Source: Gonapodya sp. JEL0774 (taxonomy: Eukaryota). From it: DNA of 64,000 bases. Made by a program: the position numbers and the translations under genes. Positions 14,001-25,336 of the stretch are shown here, piece after piece. The notes beneath the pieces were generated by a model. That model searched no databases, was not told where the DNA came from, and saw nothing but the letters and a program-made list of their open reading frames with translations. The stretch is taken from positions 1-64,000 of the forward strand of contig JADIIX010000123.1 of NCBI GenBank assembly GCA_027604505.1, in the 5' to 3' direction. Position 1 is the stretch's first letter, and every line of letters starts with the position of its first letter.

Positions 14001-14110
14001 AGTTCGTATCAGAACCTTTGTGTAATGGAGAGGGAGAACGGCGACGTGGTGCTTGTTTCAGTGGTGCGGGCGTGGGTAGCAACCGTGGTGTGAGAGGGGG
14101 GGACTTCGTC
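8083..14110 (-). CDS. RBR (RING1-IBR-RING2) E3 ubiquitin ligase, RNF216/TRIAD3-like, with a very long low-complexity N-terminus
   Basis: RING1 ECSCCF...CPAGHVFCLNC...CIYSDAEC; IBR CPFCDY...CRRCRKHNHLPQRC; RING2 EEAMTQAMVRTCPKCKSKYFKEEGCNK; CUE-like LAESFPAADPDYLLERL. The 1432-aa ORF 9784..14082 is one large exon. TGA at 8083; first exon not resolved. Confidence 0.88.
12120..12545 (-). repeat. Internal peptide repeat E(E/Q)P.SVPLARP, three copies plus one degenerate, in the RBR N-terminus
   Basis: EQPESVPLARPD, DQPASVPLARPE, EEPPASVPLARPE and EEQPTSVRLAYQ in the ORF translation. Confidence 0.8.
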
Positions 14111-15264
14111 TAGAGTTGAGCCAGATATCAGAGTCAAAAACAGTCTCGTTTGCACAAAATATGATTGCAAATGTGCAGAATATTTAAAATTATGTGTGAC
14201 TTGTCCCTCAGGTTTGTTCCGGCATGCAAACACCGGTGTCTCTCATGCTTCCGTTCAGAAACATGGGTTATAGACATCACTATGAAGTCAAGACTTCAAA
14301 GGCATCCCGAGCGACACAAAAGCAATCGCACTGAGCGTGTTTATTCTCAAGGCAAAAGCGCACCCACCACCGAACACAAGGTCACGATGTCTCCACAGCA
14401 ACTCACCCTCCCATTGCGCTCACTCAATTCTGCTGGCAGCGTCGGCGGCGGAAGTGGCGGGGGTCGCCGATCGAGCATTGCAGGTCCGGCGCCGCCAGCA
14501 GGCCGACGTGTGTCGGTCATTCCTTTGTAATGTGCCCCACTGTGCAATCGCCGCTCTTGGTCCGATCCGCGCGGATCAAACCCGTTTCCCGTTTCCGTTT
14601 TTGTCAAAGGATCTCTGTCTTTTATTGATGTCCAAATAGTAAGCTCTGATTCTGCTTCAGCCGTGGCGGTGATGAATTTATAAAGTTTCGTTCCCCAGAA
14701 GGCAGAAGGGGTGCTGCCTGCTGTAGTGGGTACTCAGTTCCATCATGTCCACAGACCCAGCCAGGGAACACGTGCTTTATTAGAGAACCGCTGGGTCAGC
14801 AAATTCCGATGTATTCCAGCAATTATGGAAGAAAATACGTGAGAAGCTGAAGCAGATGTTGGACTGACTGCGCACGAGCAACAGAGGAATAATCGTGTTG
14901 CGCATTCATACAACATTCGTGTCGCATAGTTCGTCCCTCTGCTCCAAATATGGCATTCACGTATTCCAATACCGTCTATGCTCTTCCGCGTTGTCATAAA
15001 TGGGAGGAGTACACGCTCCCCGATAGAATCGAGCATGAGCTCTCAAGCAGTACAACATATAATTTGCTTTCGTGAATCCGCTTGTCGTGTTGTTCCACTC
15101 CCTCCTGAAGCTGCTATACTCATCCATTTTCTTCATGCCGTTGTGGACCGTATGTGACATGGAACTCCGGCTGGAAACGCCCCAGTATATCAATTTCAGC
15201 AACCAAGGCCGATCATATAGATATAGTAATCCCTCAACATTCGTGATAGAAGAACTCCAGGAAA

Positions 15265-18200
15265 ATGGCCGCCTCTGCGGCTATCAAGGCTCGATCGGGA
15301 GCGTCGCCCTCCACATCGGAGGCTGACCCAGCCGATGCGCCCAACGACTCCTTTTTGACACGTCTCGTGAGAAAATGGACGTTTTCTGCGCCATCTGCTG
15401 TGGTAGCGGGCTATACGCCGTCTCGGAATGCAAATGCAAATTTACAGGGAACAGGAACAGGATCGCAAGTCCACACCCCCACCGCTCCCGTATCCGCTGC
15501 TTCATTTCCACCATTCGACGTGTTGCTACAAGTGATGGAATACGTGCTTGAGTTGGAGAGAGCTGATGCTGGTGAGTGGAGGCCGGCGATTCTAATATCT
15601 CCCAACAAGCTCATCACAATCGGTCAGGCTTACCGTCCAACGATTCGTCAACGACAACTTCGTCGTTACCCATCGCTTATTTTTTGCAACGCACCTTGGC
15701 GAACTTTGCAAAGCTCAACTCCGCCTGGGCTGCCCCCGCTCTTCACATTTTGCTACGGCACCCCCAGTTCATCTCCCCGGATGCGCCCTATTTTCTGCAC
15801 ACGCGGCGGAATCTTCTCCGATCCCGTACATTGCCACCTTCTCCCCCGCCCGTACTCGTGTCCTTGAACCAAACTCCCCTGCTCATCCTTGATGACGACT
15901 CGGAAATCACAAGAGAAAGGGCACTTACTGGAGCTGTAAACAGGCTGCGAACATTCTTGCATGTGGCGGCTGGCCTACCGTGGAAGTCGAGTGGGGCCAG
16001 CCTGGACCCGCCAGAGAGCGTTGTGGAATCATCCTGGATCCGACTGGGAGTCACAATGAGCAACCTCTCCATACCAGTATCTCTCACCGCTGCTGCGTGG
16101 CGTTTATCTGCACCAACATCATCCGCGTCGATATCTCTCCAAGATGTCCCCATGTACGACTCGCTCATCTTGCACGCCCTCCACAACTCGGAGAACCTCA
16201 CTGAGCTTGACATCTGCGTGCCCGACATTCGAACAGCAGAGTCTTTGTTTGACACCATCTTCACGTCGTCCTTTGCTCTCAAGGCTCTGTCTGTGTCGGT
16301 CAGTAACAGTAACAGTGCAAGCAACGAAGCCGAAACATTCGGGAATGAAATTGGATCGAGCTCAATTGTGGCTACTGAACATCAAGTAGGAACATGGTGG
16401 GGCGTCCACGAACCAAATGACGACGCAGCAGAGTATATTCGTAGGCCTGGTGGGCTGGAAGCACTCACCCATGTCCGCCTCGCCTGGTTGCCCCTGTTTC
16501 CACCTCCTCTCCACCTCTTCTTCCACACCGCGTGGTCACCACCCCTCACCTCTCTGCACCTCCACGCGCTATCTCACATTTCCGACTCACATATTATCAA
16601 AGTCCTCCGCACGTCGTCGTCTACTGTGCGCGATGTTCGTGTCTCTGGCTGTCCGAGAGTGACCGACGAACCACTCAGGGTGATAGTGGAGGAGATTGCT
16701 TGCTGGGACGGACTTGAAAGACTAGAATGGTCTTGCACTGGAATTGGATTCGTGGCAGAGAGAACATTCGAAGATTGGGCCTGGTGTCCCCATACAAGCC
16801 ACCATTCATCGACCCATCGTTCGCTCTCCTCTGAGACCCGCACGGAAACTTGGCCCCCGAGGATACCACCGTGCAATTCGGAGTCCCTCGGTCCTTCTAC
16901 TCTCCGTTTGCGCGGCGGAATATCCCCACATCTGGTGTCCGTTCTCATCGAACGCTCGCCCAGATCATCTGTCATTCATCTCGGCCAACTCGCTTGCCCT
17001 TTGGCAGCGATAGCGAATATGTCACCTTCGACACAGCATCTGGCACTCGAACGCGTCATGTGGACTCGAGCCTCTGACTCCACGTCGAGCGACATGACCG
17101 CGCTGGACCTACCCCGCCTTCTCAACATGTTGCCAGCTCTACAGTGTCTTTTAGTATCGTGGACACGCCTGAAACCCATCCCAGCTCACCTTCTTTCATC
17201 TGCCACTGTAACACACATGTACGACTATCCGCTTCTCCGGCTGCGAGCGGCTCCTGTTGGGCCCTCTCGCGGATTCATGGGGTGGACATCGAAACACACT
17301 TCCTACTTCAGTGCGCGCTGTAAAGATTTGCTGTCGTGGGCGATCAAGGATGGAGTAGTCGGGGATGGGGAAATATGGGAGATGAGAAAACTGAATGAAC
17401 TCAAGGTGATCGAAATAATCGGAGTTGGAACGTGAGTCGCAGCAAGAGCAAACTCAAAGTCGTGAGTGATTCTGATTTGTAACTTGTTCGGTCCTCCCTG
17501 TCTGGGGCACGGCATCCGTTTTGATGATCCGCACGGGGTTTCAATGTGCTCGCTCATTTGAGACAACATATGGGGTTGATGCACCTGGCTATGGCAAGTG
17601 AGTTGTTTCTGCACTGGCGGGTCATTTCCAGCGAAAGCTTCAGCGGACAATTTGGTTTTCATGTTCCGCATCTCCCACTTCCTTTCCCACAATCTTTTGC
17701 ATCACAGATTTACCCTTCCTTACGCACCTCCATCTCCCTCGCTGTCCTCTCGTTTCGGAGTTTTTTGACCGCCTCATCCCGCGGCTGCCATCCACTCTAC
17801 TCTCTTTCGACATCTCCCAAGACCCCCGTGCATCCACGGTTTCGATTCTCCCGAAACACATACCAGACCTGGTGAAGCACGCTTTTAAGCTGCGACGGGT
17901 GGGTGTGAGCTGGTGTTGGGGACTAACTGACAATGATGTGGCACAATTGGCAGTGGGGATGAATGAATGCGAGGCGGTGTGGTGTGGAGGTAGAGATCGC
18001 AACTCAGTTGTTGCGGAGGTTGCGACGCTCTGCAAGGACAGTGCCGTGGCGCGTGCACAGGGGTTGTTTTCCAAAGGGAAGGAAACGAGGGCACCGAACC
18101 GCGCTGGCAGAGCTCCACGTGTTACGGAGATAGAGGCGGCCTGGGCAAGCCAAGTGACCTCTAGAGAATATCCTCTTGCGTCATGGAGGATCGATACATC

Positions 18201-18279
18201 TGGTGAACTGTGGGATGACGTAGGTTGGCGGCTGGGAATGGAAATTGGTTGGTGTCAAAAGCATCAGGTCCAGAAATGA
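15265..18279 (+). CDS. F-box / RNI-like leucine-rich repeat protein (4 exons)
   Basis: F-box-like FPPFDVLLQVMEYV in exon 1. LRR-like segments LTSLHLHALSHISD, VRDVRVSGCPRVTD, LTHLHLPRCPLVS, LRRVGVSWCWGLTD. Consistent GT-AG splicing joins ORFs 15265, 15576 and 17872. Confidence 0.75.
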
Positions 18280-18600
18280 TTAGGGGCCTCACCAAAACTT
18301 GGCAGTGACTTAAAGTTTCTGGTATTGTGTGCACCAAGTTGCCTTTAGGCTGTTTCGTTGGCACATTCGGGTAAAGTAACGCAATTGAATACCGAACGGT
18401 TTGCATGGAAGCCTGTACCATTCAAAACCGTAGTGTAGTTTACTGATATACATCTGCAGTCTACTAGTTATAAGATCATATGTGTACATCGTACGTTACT
18501 TGGATTGTTTCTGTGCACGTCATAGCGGTCACCGCGGATTCAAATCCTGGTTGGTGCTAGATCGTTCGCGCACTTCTGCACACAAACTCAACGTCAATTC

Positions 18601-19533
18601 CTACGCAGCCAAAGAAGTTCTTCCGCCCATCTCCGACGACGAAACCGTCAAACGAACAAACTCCTCTGCACGGCCGGTGGGGTCGGTACCGTCCCCTGAC
18701 TCTTGCGCCAAGTCTTCACCCTCAGCCAACGGCTGCTCATCACCTCCGAGCGCGTCCCACTTGCTCTTCATAATGACTAATGCCGGTATCCAAAGACTTG
18801 CCACGGTCGAAAGAGCCAACATTTGACTGAGCTCCCACTCAAACGGAACATCTCCGATCGCACCAACGTGGGCCCAGACGAACTCGTAGGCGATTACAGC
18901 TAACCCAGTGGGCATAACAGTCATTAAAATAGATGACGTAATCAAAGACCGCCGTTTTGCAGCATTTTTGGATATGTTCAAGAGAGCCTCTCGGATCTTG
19001 GAGGCAACTATGATTTGGCCGAACGGCACTGCTACCAAGCCCGCTACTGCGAATCCAAAAAAGATTCCATTGCGCCACCACGAAATAAAGACGCCAAAAT
19101 CGTTGATGCAGGGGATGGTGTCGTCCCATGTTTTGTGATTGCGAATGATGATCATGAACAGGAGGATCCAATTGGCCAGACCGATCCACAGAGACACCTG
19201 CGCTTTCGGTTTTAATCCTTCTCCTTGCGGGATTGAAAACACCGCAGCATTGATGCCGGTGATTAAGAACAGGAATAGCGGGACCCACCCAATCCCCAGT
19301 TGGACATGGTCATTGATTGGGTAGTATCGCCACATAGTAGTGCCGGCGATTGCGAGACCAACAAGCTGAGAGGAAATGGCGACATCCTCTTCGAGGTCCA
19401 GGTCAAGGAAGTAAAATGCCCATGACGCCGCGTAGTGGGCGTAGAAAACGATCCGAAAACCAACCCCAAAAAGTTCGGGATCCGCTCGGAAAGTGCAAGA
19501 TCCGTCAGGGCGAATGATCACCGAGTCGCTCAT
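18601..19533 (-). CDS. Intronless multi-pass (about 7 TM) fungal membrane protein of unknown function
   Basis: 310-aa ORF with about 7 hydrophobic segments. N-terminal C...ADPELFGVGFRIVFY and late WELSQMLAL resemble the ADPDI.GIGVR / WGFGQ motifs of an uncharacterised fungal family. Confidence 0.75.
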   Translation of the reverse strand: MSDSVIIRPDGSCTFRADPELFGVGFRIVFYAHYAASWAFYFLDLDLEEDVAISSQLVGLAIAGTTMWRYYPINDHVQLGIGWVPLFLFLITGINAAVFSIPQGEGLKPKAQVSLWIGLANWILLFMIIIRNHKTWDDTIPCINDFGVFISWWRNGIFFGFAVAGLVAVPFGQIIVASKIREALLNISKNAAKRRSLITSSILMTVMPTGLAVIAYEFVWAHVGAIGDVPFEWELSQMLALSTVASLWIPALVIMKSKWDALGGDEQPLAEGEDLAQESGDGTDPTGRAEEFVRLTVSSSEMGGRTSLAA

Positions 19534-20054
19534 TTTCAGGAGGATCCGGTTGGACGATACGATTGTGGGTTTTTGTTTGAATTGCTTGTGCTGAGACCAT
19601 CGAAAACTCCCTCACTCCACAGCAGCCGGCGGAGGCCTCAACCGCCCACCCGCCCCACCAAAACATGATCAGTATAAGCAATTGTAACATAAATGGTTGA
19701 ATATGTGAATGAGCATACATACGCTGGTATAAATTTTATTTTGGCGGATGCGCCATCCTTTTCATCGGTCGAATTGGTGAAGTGACTCCATCTCGGAGCT
19801 TCCTTTTGTATGGGGACGCCGCTTTGGGAACTCACACTGGTGTCAAACATATACCAAGGAAGCTCGTGGACCCATATTGCACGAAGCGGACCTCTGGCGT
19901 GTTTATTTCGCGGAATGACAACTGCGCCGTGGCCAATCCCGGGCCACTGTGTCCGAGCCGGCCGTTTTTAGCACACATATAGGTCGTCATATTCCACGTA
20001 GAGAAGTTCCAATAACTAACTCACGTCGGCCTTACAATTATCTAAAATCCAACG

Positions 20055-21633
20055 ATGTCATCACATTGGACTCGCCTGATCCGATTCGAGGCTGTGGAAG
20101 GTGAATAATAAGGGGAGGAATCCAACATCCTTCCACAATATTGTTGGACTCTGAGAATACCCCATCAACGAAAATATCTGAAACGAATCCCATCGGTTTC
20201 TGTTTATGCAGGTGGAATTCACTTTGGGGAACCCACCGCCGAATCGCTCGCCAGTGATGGGGGTTTGAAAGTAAATGGCATCATCAGAGCATCGGAAATA
20301 ACAGGTGGACTCTTCGAAGGTGTCGTTGGTAGCAATATTCTGACTGTCAAGAAGGTGTCTTTCACTGAATGTTCCGAGGAGAGCTTTGATGATTTGCATT
20401 ACTGCTGATTGACACCATGTTCGGTCTCACGTGCAGCTGCTTGGGCCGTTAGAGTCGACTCCCGCGCTTCCCTGTATCGGTTTGAACGTGAGTTCAATAT
20501 TCGGTACTCTCTCTTCAACATATCAATATCTGCATACTTTCCAAAGTATTCCGCCCACCGCGATGAAGCTGTTGTACGTACAACGTGCTTTAAGATTGTG
20601 CGGAGACTTTCCTGACCCACATCGACCCTATCCATTCAAGGCGTCCGGTCACCAATTCAAGTTTCCTACTTACCCAGTCCTTTTTCATAAGTATGCCAAT
20701 GCTCTGTCTGGCCCGGGTGATGTGCTCTTACCGGAAACTACAAATGATGGACAAATGGTCAGTCCACGGATACGTGGCGAGCCATTGAAGTTCTTCATTC
20801 TTATTATTCCTAAACGATCTATTTTCTCGTATTTCATTTTTATTCCAGGATTTCGAAGCGGAGGTGAGTAAATCAACCCCTTTGCAAGATACAAAGCTTC
20901 CGTCAACCGCATCCCTTCAATCTCCCATTGTACTCTCGACAGCTCGTTGTTGTTATCGGCAAGAAGGGCAAGAACATCCCAGAGGAGAAGGTAATTAAGA
21001 GATTGCGGTTATTGATTCGGTACTGCTTTTCAACTTCACGATGCCTATTGCCAAAAAGGCTTTGGACCACGTCCTTGCCTATACTGCTGGTAACGATTTG
21101 TCTGCTCGCAAGTGGCAGTTCGCTTGTGGTGGCCAGTTTGATTTTGGCAAGGTGAGCTCGCCATCACTCCCTACTTTATATTCACCCGGCACCTAATGTT
21201 GCTTATCCATAGGGTATGGATTCTTTTGCTCCCATCGGCCCGATGCTTGTCCGCTCCTCCGTGATCCCCGATCCCCAGAACTTGAAAATCTCTCTAGTGC
21301 TTAATGGAAAAACGGAACAGGATGGAAACACTGCTCAAATGATCTTCAGCGTCAAGAAAATCGTGTCTTTCTTGAGCAAAGGCGAGTTGAATGACGTCGT
21401 GCACAAGAGTTGCATCTCCCCATTTTAAATTAGTGATCCTTGCCGCTGTCTGTTCAGGCACTACCCTCCTCCCCGGTACCGTCATTATGACGGGCACACC
21501 TGCCGGTGTTGGCTTCACACGCAACCCTCCTTTAAGCCTAAAGGAAGGCGATGTCGCTGATGTTGTCATTGGAAAGATTGGCACCTTGAGGAACCATATC
21601 AAGTATGTCGCAGAAGACACATATGAGCTGTAG
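20055..21633 (+). CDS. Fumarylacetoacetate hydrolase family protein (FAHD2-like), multi-exon
   Basis: MSSHWTRLIRFEA..., CIGLNY, YPVLFHK, DFEAELVVVIGK, AYTAGNDLSARKWQ, FGKGMDSFAPIGP, GTVIMTGTPAGVG, IGTLRN. TAG at 21631-21633. Confidence 0.93.
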
Positions 21634-21640
21634 AAAAAAA

Positions 21641-22800
21641 TTATGTGCAAGGTGTTTCTCGGTGCAACGTGGGATATTCGCTTTTCTCGCGCGATTTTTT
21701 ATGGAACACGGTGGTGCATGGAGCGGACGTGATGTCAGAATGGGATATATGTCTCGCACGAGATGTCAGAATGGGATATATGTATCTCGCACGAGGAGTC
21801 CCAGCGGCGCAGTCCCGTATACTTCCGACAGATCGCCCACACTCAAGAAATTTCTTGTTTGCGTCTTCTCTAGAGGAAAGAACCTTGCACACTCCAAAGT
21901 CGGCAATTAGTCCTCGGCCATTGTCGTTCACGAGAAGATTGGGGGGCATTAAGGTCAGCACGGATAAGTCCCCGTTCATGCAAATATTGAATGCCCCGAG
22001 TAACACCCAAAAGCTAAGTTGAGCATCGAGACATTCATTATAAGGGTGGTGTTCGTTGTAGCGGGCGAAAACTGACAAGGTCCAGCACTTCATTCTGCCC
22101 GACAGTGGGGTTCCAGAACCGCTCTTTTGTCAAATACTGCTTCACGTCTCCGTTCCGGAAGACAGGGCACACAAAAGACAGCGCGCTGCCTGTTCTGGAA
22201 ATGCGGTACAGATTTGAGCACGTGCGGTGACGACAATTGAAATCACAATGAAGCTTCACGGATGCAGGCCTGTTTGAAACTTCCACGGTCCGCGAATCAA
22301 ACTATCTGGAGCGTCAGCCATAAGTCTCACCACTCCATCAAATCCATGGGTAAAATGAGCAGTTTTAACCGCTACAGGTATGTGAAGAAGCCAAAATCCT
22401 TCGCAAACCGTTCCGAGTACAGCTTTACCCAGAAGTTTCCTGAGATCCCATTCGAAATTCTTGCTTTCATTTTCCCAAAGAGCAGGAAGCTTAACAGCGA
22501 CCATTCTTTGAAACAGTTCCGATTTTCCTTGAGCAGCCCAGGTTCACCTTCTCTGTCCCGAATGATTGGCCGAGCGGAAGGGTCTGGGGGAACGGGAACT
22601 GGCGGGGCGGCAATATCAAGGGAGGTTTCTGCGCGATCCGGTACTGTTCGAGGGAGATATGGCATGTCCTGTCTGACTCGAGCGGCATGAACTGTGGATT
22701 CAGGTGGAGTTGCTGCCTTGCAGATACGGTTCCCATTTTCATTCGCAATCAGCTGCAGCGGTGAACCAAAAGCATCAGAATCGGCTTCCCCACTTGTGAG
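21641..22800 (-). pseudogene. Degenerate TKL-type protein kinase pseudogene
   Basis: Kinase subdomains occur in changing frames: LGKAVLGTVCEGFWLLHIPVAVK, IREASL*FQLSSPHVL (TGA where W is expected), SFVCPVFRNGDVKQYL, NGDL..PPNLLVNDNGRGLIADFG, GSIR. Multiple frameshifts and stops. Confidence 0.85.
21731..21794. repeat. Near-perfect 31/33-bp tandem duplication inside the kinase relic
   Basis: GATGTCAGAATGGGATATATGT(AT)CTCGCACGA occurs twice in tandem. Confidence 0.9.
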
Positions 22801-22886
22801 TCTTAAAACATGCGCCGAAACAGAGCATTTCGGCGGGACTTCGTGATGCCGGATGATGTCCGTGTCGCGAAATTTCCCCCCCCCCC

Positions 22887-22896
22887 NNNNNNNNNN
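22887..22896. other. Assembly gap (10 N) flanked by poly-C/poly-G, low-quality sequence
   Basis: Run of 10 N directly after a poly-C run, with long homopolymers at 22897-23010. Confidence 0.97.
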
Positions 22897-23284
22897 CCTC
22901 TCTTTGGGGGGGGTGTGGGTTTTTGCGGTTTTGTGGCGGTGGGCGCAATTTCCCCCCCCCCCCCCCCCCCCCCACAACCCCCTTGACATGAGAAAAAGGG
23001 GGGGGCGGAATTTTCGCAGACAGTGTGGAGGTGGCTTTCGAGGCCACAGAAACCACCTTGCAAAAGCTTTGTATGTAATGCACAAATTATTAATATTGTG
23101 GAAGACACTGTACCAGGAATATGGCGCGTTACTTAGTAACTTAGGTTTGATTGGAAATTATTAATGGTGCTAAATCATGTGACACGAGTCTAAAGGATCC
23201 CTGCAAGGTGCAGAACAAACCATCCTCACACGCCGACGCAAGCCTTCCCGACAGCAACCTCCATGAATCAATTCATTGACCCTC

Positions 23285-24595
23285 TCAATAACCGTTGCCT
23301 CTATACTGCCCGGGATACGCACTACCGGGAGGGGGTGCATACTGCGAATCGGGAGGCGGTGGTGGAAATGGGGGTGGAGGCGGCATACCCGGTGGAGGCG
23401 GCATACCCGGCGAAGGCGGTGGATAGCTCATTGTCGGTCCGTAATAACGTTGGGAATATCCGGGTTGTGGAGGAGGATACATGGCGTTTGCGGGATGGCC
23501 GGGAAAAGGTGCCGGATGGTTGGGATAACGTGATGAGTGTGTGGGATAGGGTGCCGGATGCGTGGAATACGGTGCTGATGGATTCATGAGATTGCTTGTC
23601 TCAGGTGTGTTCCACTCCGCCGCCGCGGCTGCATCCTCTTCTTGCTGGAGACGGGCAGCGATCTCTTCGTCTGATTCTGGTTGACTGGGCAAACGAGAAG
23701 GCGGCTGTGGTGGAGATGGAGGCGGTGCCGGCTGAGACGGGAATCGAAATCGTGAATGTGTGTAGGTTTTACAAAGTTGGTGGACTTTCCAAAAACGAAA
23801 ACATAAAACTTCTGAATACCGAGTCCACTCAACGACGCACCTGAAATCGTGCAGCTTCCTCGCGAGCCCGCATTTCCGCCTCATGTTCCTCCCTCGCAAC
23901 TCTCTCAGCCGCCTCTCGGTCCGCCTTTTCTGCCCTTTCCCTTTCCCTGTGCTCTTGCTCCTCTTTCATTTGCAGCTCCTCGGCAAGTCGGGCGTCCATA
24001 TCCAACTGGTCCTTTGAGATGCGGTCGAGATGATAACGATATGATGCCTGCGGCTACGAGACCATCGATAAATTTAACAAATCATATGGATCTGAAAGAT
24101 TATGCCACCAAGCGACGACTTCCTCACATTCATGGACTTTGTATCTACCACCCCAAACGCCCGTCCTCGGAACGACGGTCCACTAGAACCATGCCTCGCA
24201 TCTGTACCAAGTGGGGATGGTATCGAACCAAACGGTGATGGCGTCCGACTGGACGAGGCGGCAGGTAGGGTTGCTCCTCGCCGTCCTAAATCCGTCGGTG
24301 CTTCGGTTAAGAATGGGTTTGGAACGCTCTCGGCTCTGGCTACTGGAGCGAAGGTGGTACCGGGAGTTGTTGCTGTGTGCTTGATGTACGATCCAGACTG
24401 GGGAACACCCGCTACATCCGTGGTTTCCGAGGCCTTCATGCCGTGTGTGGACAAAGAAGCTTCTGACGGAGGAAATGGGAGAAACACAGGGGGTGTGCGG
24501 GAAAGGGGTAGCGAAGAGGTGTTGGTATTATGGTGATCCGCTGGAGACTCCACCACATTAGGTGGTGAATAATTTCCCAAGAAAGGATTTGACAT
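23285..24595 (-). CDS. Pro-rich protein with a coiled coil and two MIU-like ubiquitin-binding motifs (3 exons)
   Basis: Exon 1 MSNPF...KSMN ends at a GTGAGG donor. Exon 2 is DQLDMDARLAEELQMKEE...AARFQ. Exon 3 has SDEEIAARLQQEE and a YP/PPPP-rich tail. Two NPF motifs lie in exon 1. Confidence 0.7.
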
Positions 24596-25336
24596 GGAGT
24601 TAAGCGGTTATCTCCTACTGAAGAGAACAGTTAGGTCAGATTTCAGATTGATTAACATTCTCCAGCAATCGGCGGACAAACTTATGTAGACCACGGTCGC
24701 TCTCAAATGGCGGATCCACGCATGACAAGCGTGCTCTACCAAGTAACTCGCATAGCGTCCCTTCATAAGCTGCGCGTTAGACCGAAGCGTGCTGTAGAAT
24801 ATGGCGTGAACGCACACGTGTCCCCACCAGCCATAGAGCTGCACTGGTGATGATTACCACCGATGGCAGAGCACCTTGAGAGCCCACTGGATTGACGAAG
24901 ACTTACCTTGGCGAGGATCGGAAGAGTAACCAGCTTTGCGGCTGAAAATCGGCTGAAAGGGAACTGGCTCGACCCCTCAAGTTCACCATTGGTCATTTCG
25001 TCATCATTTTTCATAAAGAGAAACCCTGGGCAAAACTAACTGGCAGTAAATACTTAAAGCAGCCGCATTTCTCGCCCGCTACAATAATTTTGCGTGCTGG
25101 TTTGGTCGAATCTTTCACTGGGGGAGCTTCCTACTGGTTCGCACTAGCAACCCTGGCAGTTGAAGTGCACACACACTTTCGTAAAGTTATGTGGATAGCT
25201 GTTGCGGGTCTAACAGAGATCATCTAAATGTGCACACAATGCTGTTGTGCGGGTTCCGCACAATTGATCGTCACATTCAAGACGTAATGTAGTAGCTATA
25301 TACATTAGATTACTGCTTTCAGGCGCCATCCGCCGT

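Noticed and set aside
18514..18560. tRNA-like T-loop/B-box (GGATTCAAATCC) with GCAC...GTGC ends
   Set aside because: Too short, with no D-arm or anticodon arm, so it cannot form a cloverleaf.
22775..23164. ORFs spanning the N gap with poly-Gly/poly-Pro
   Set aside because: Artefacts of homopolymer-rich, low-quality sequence.
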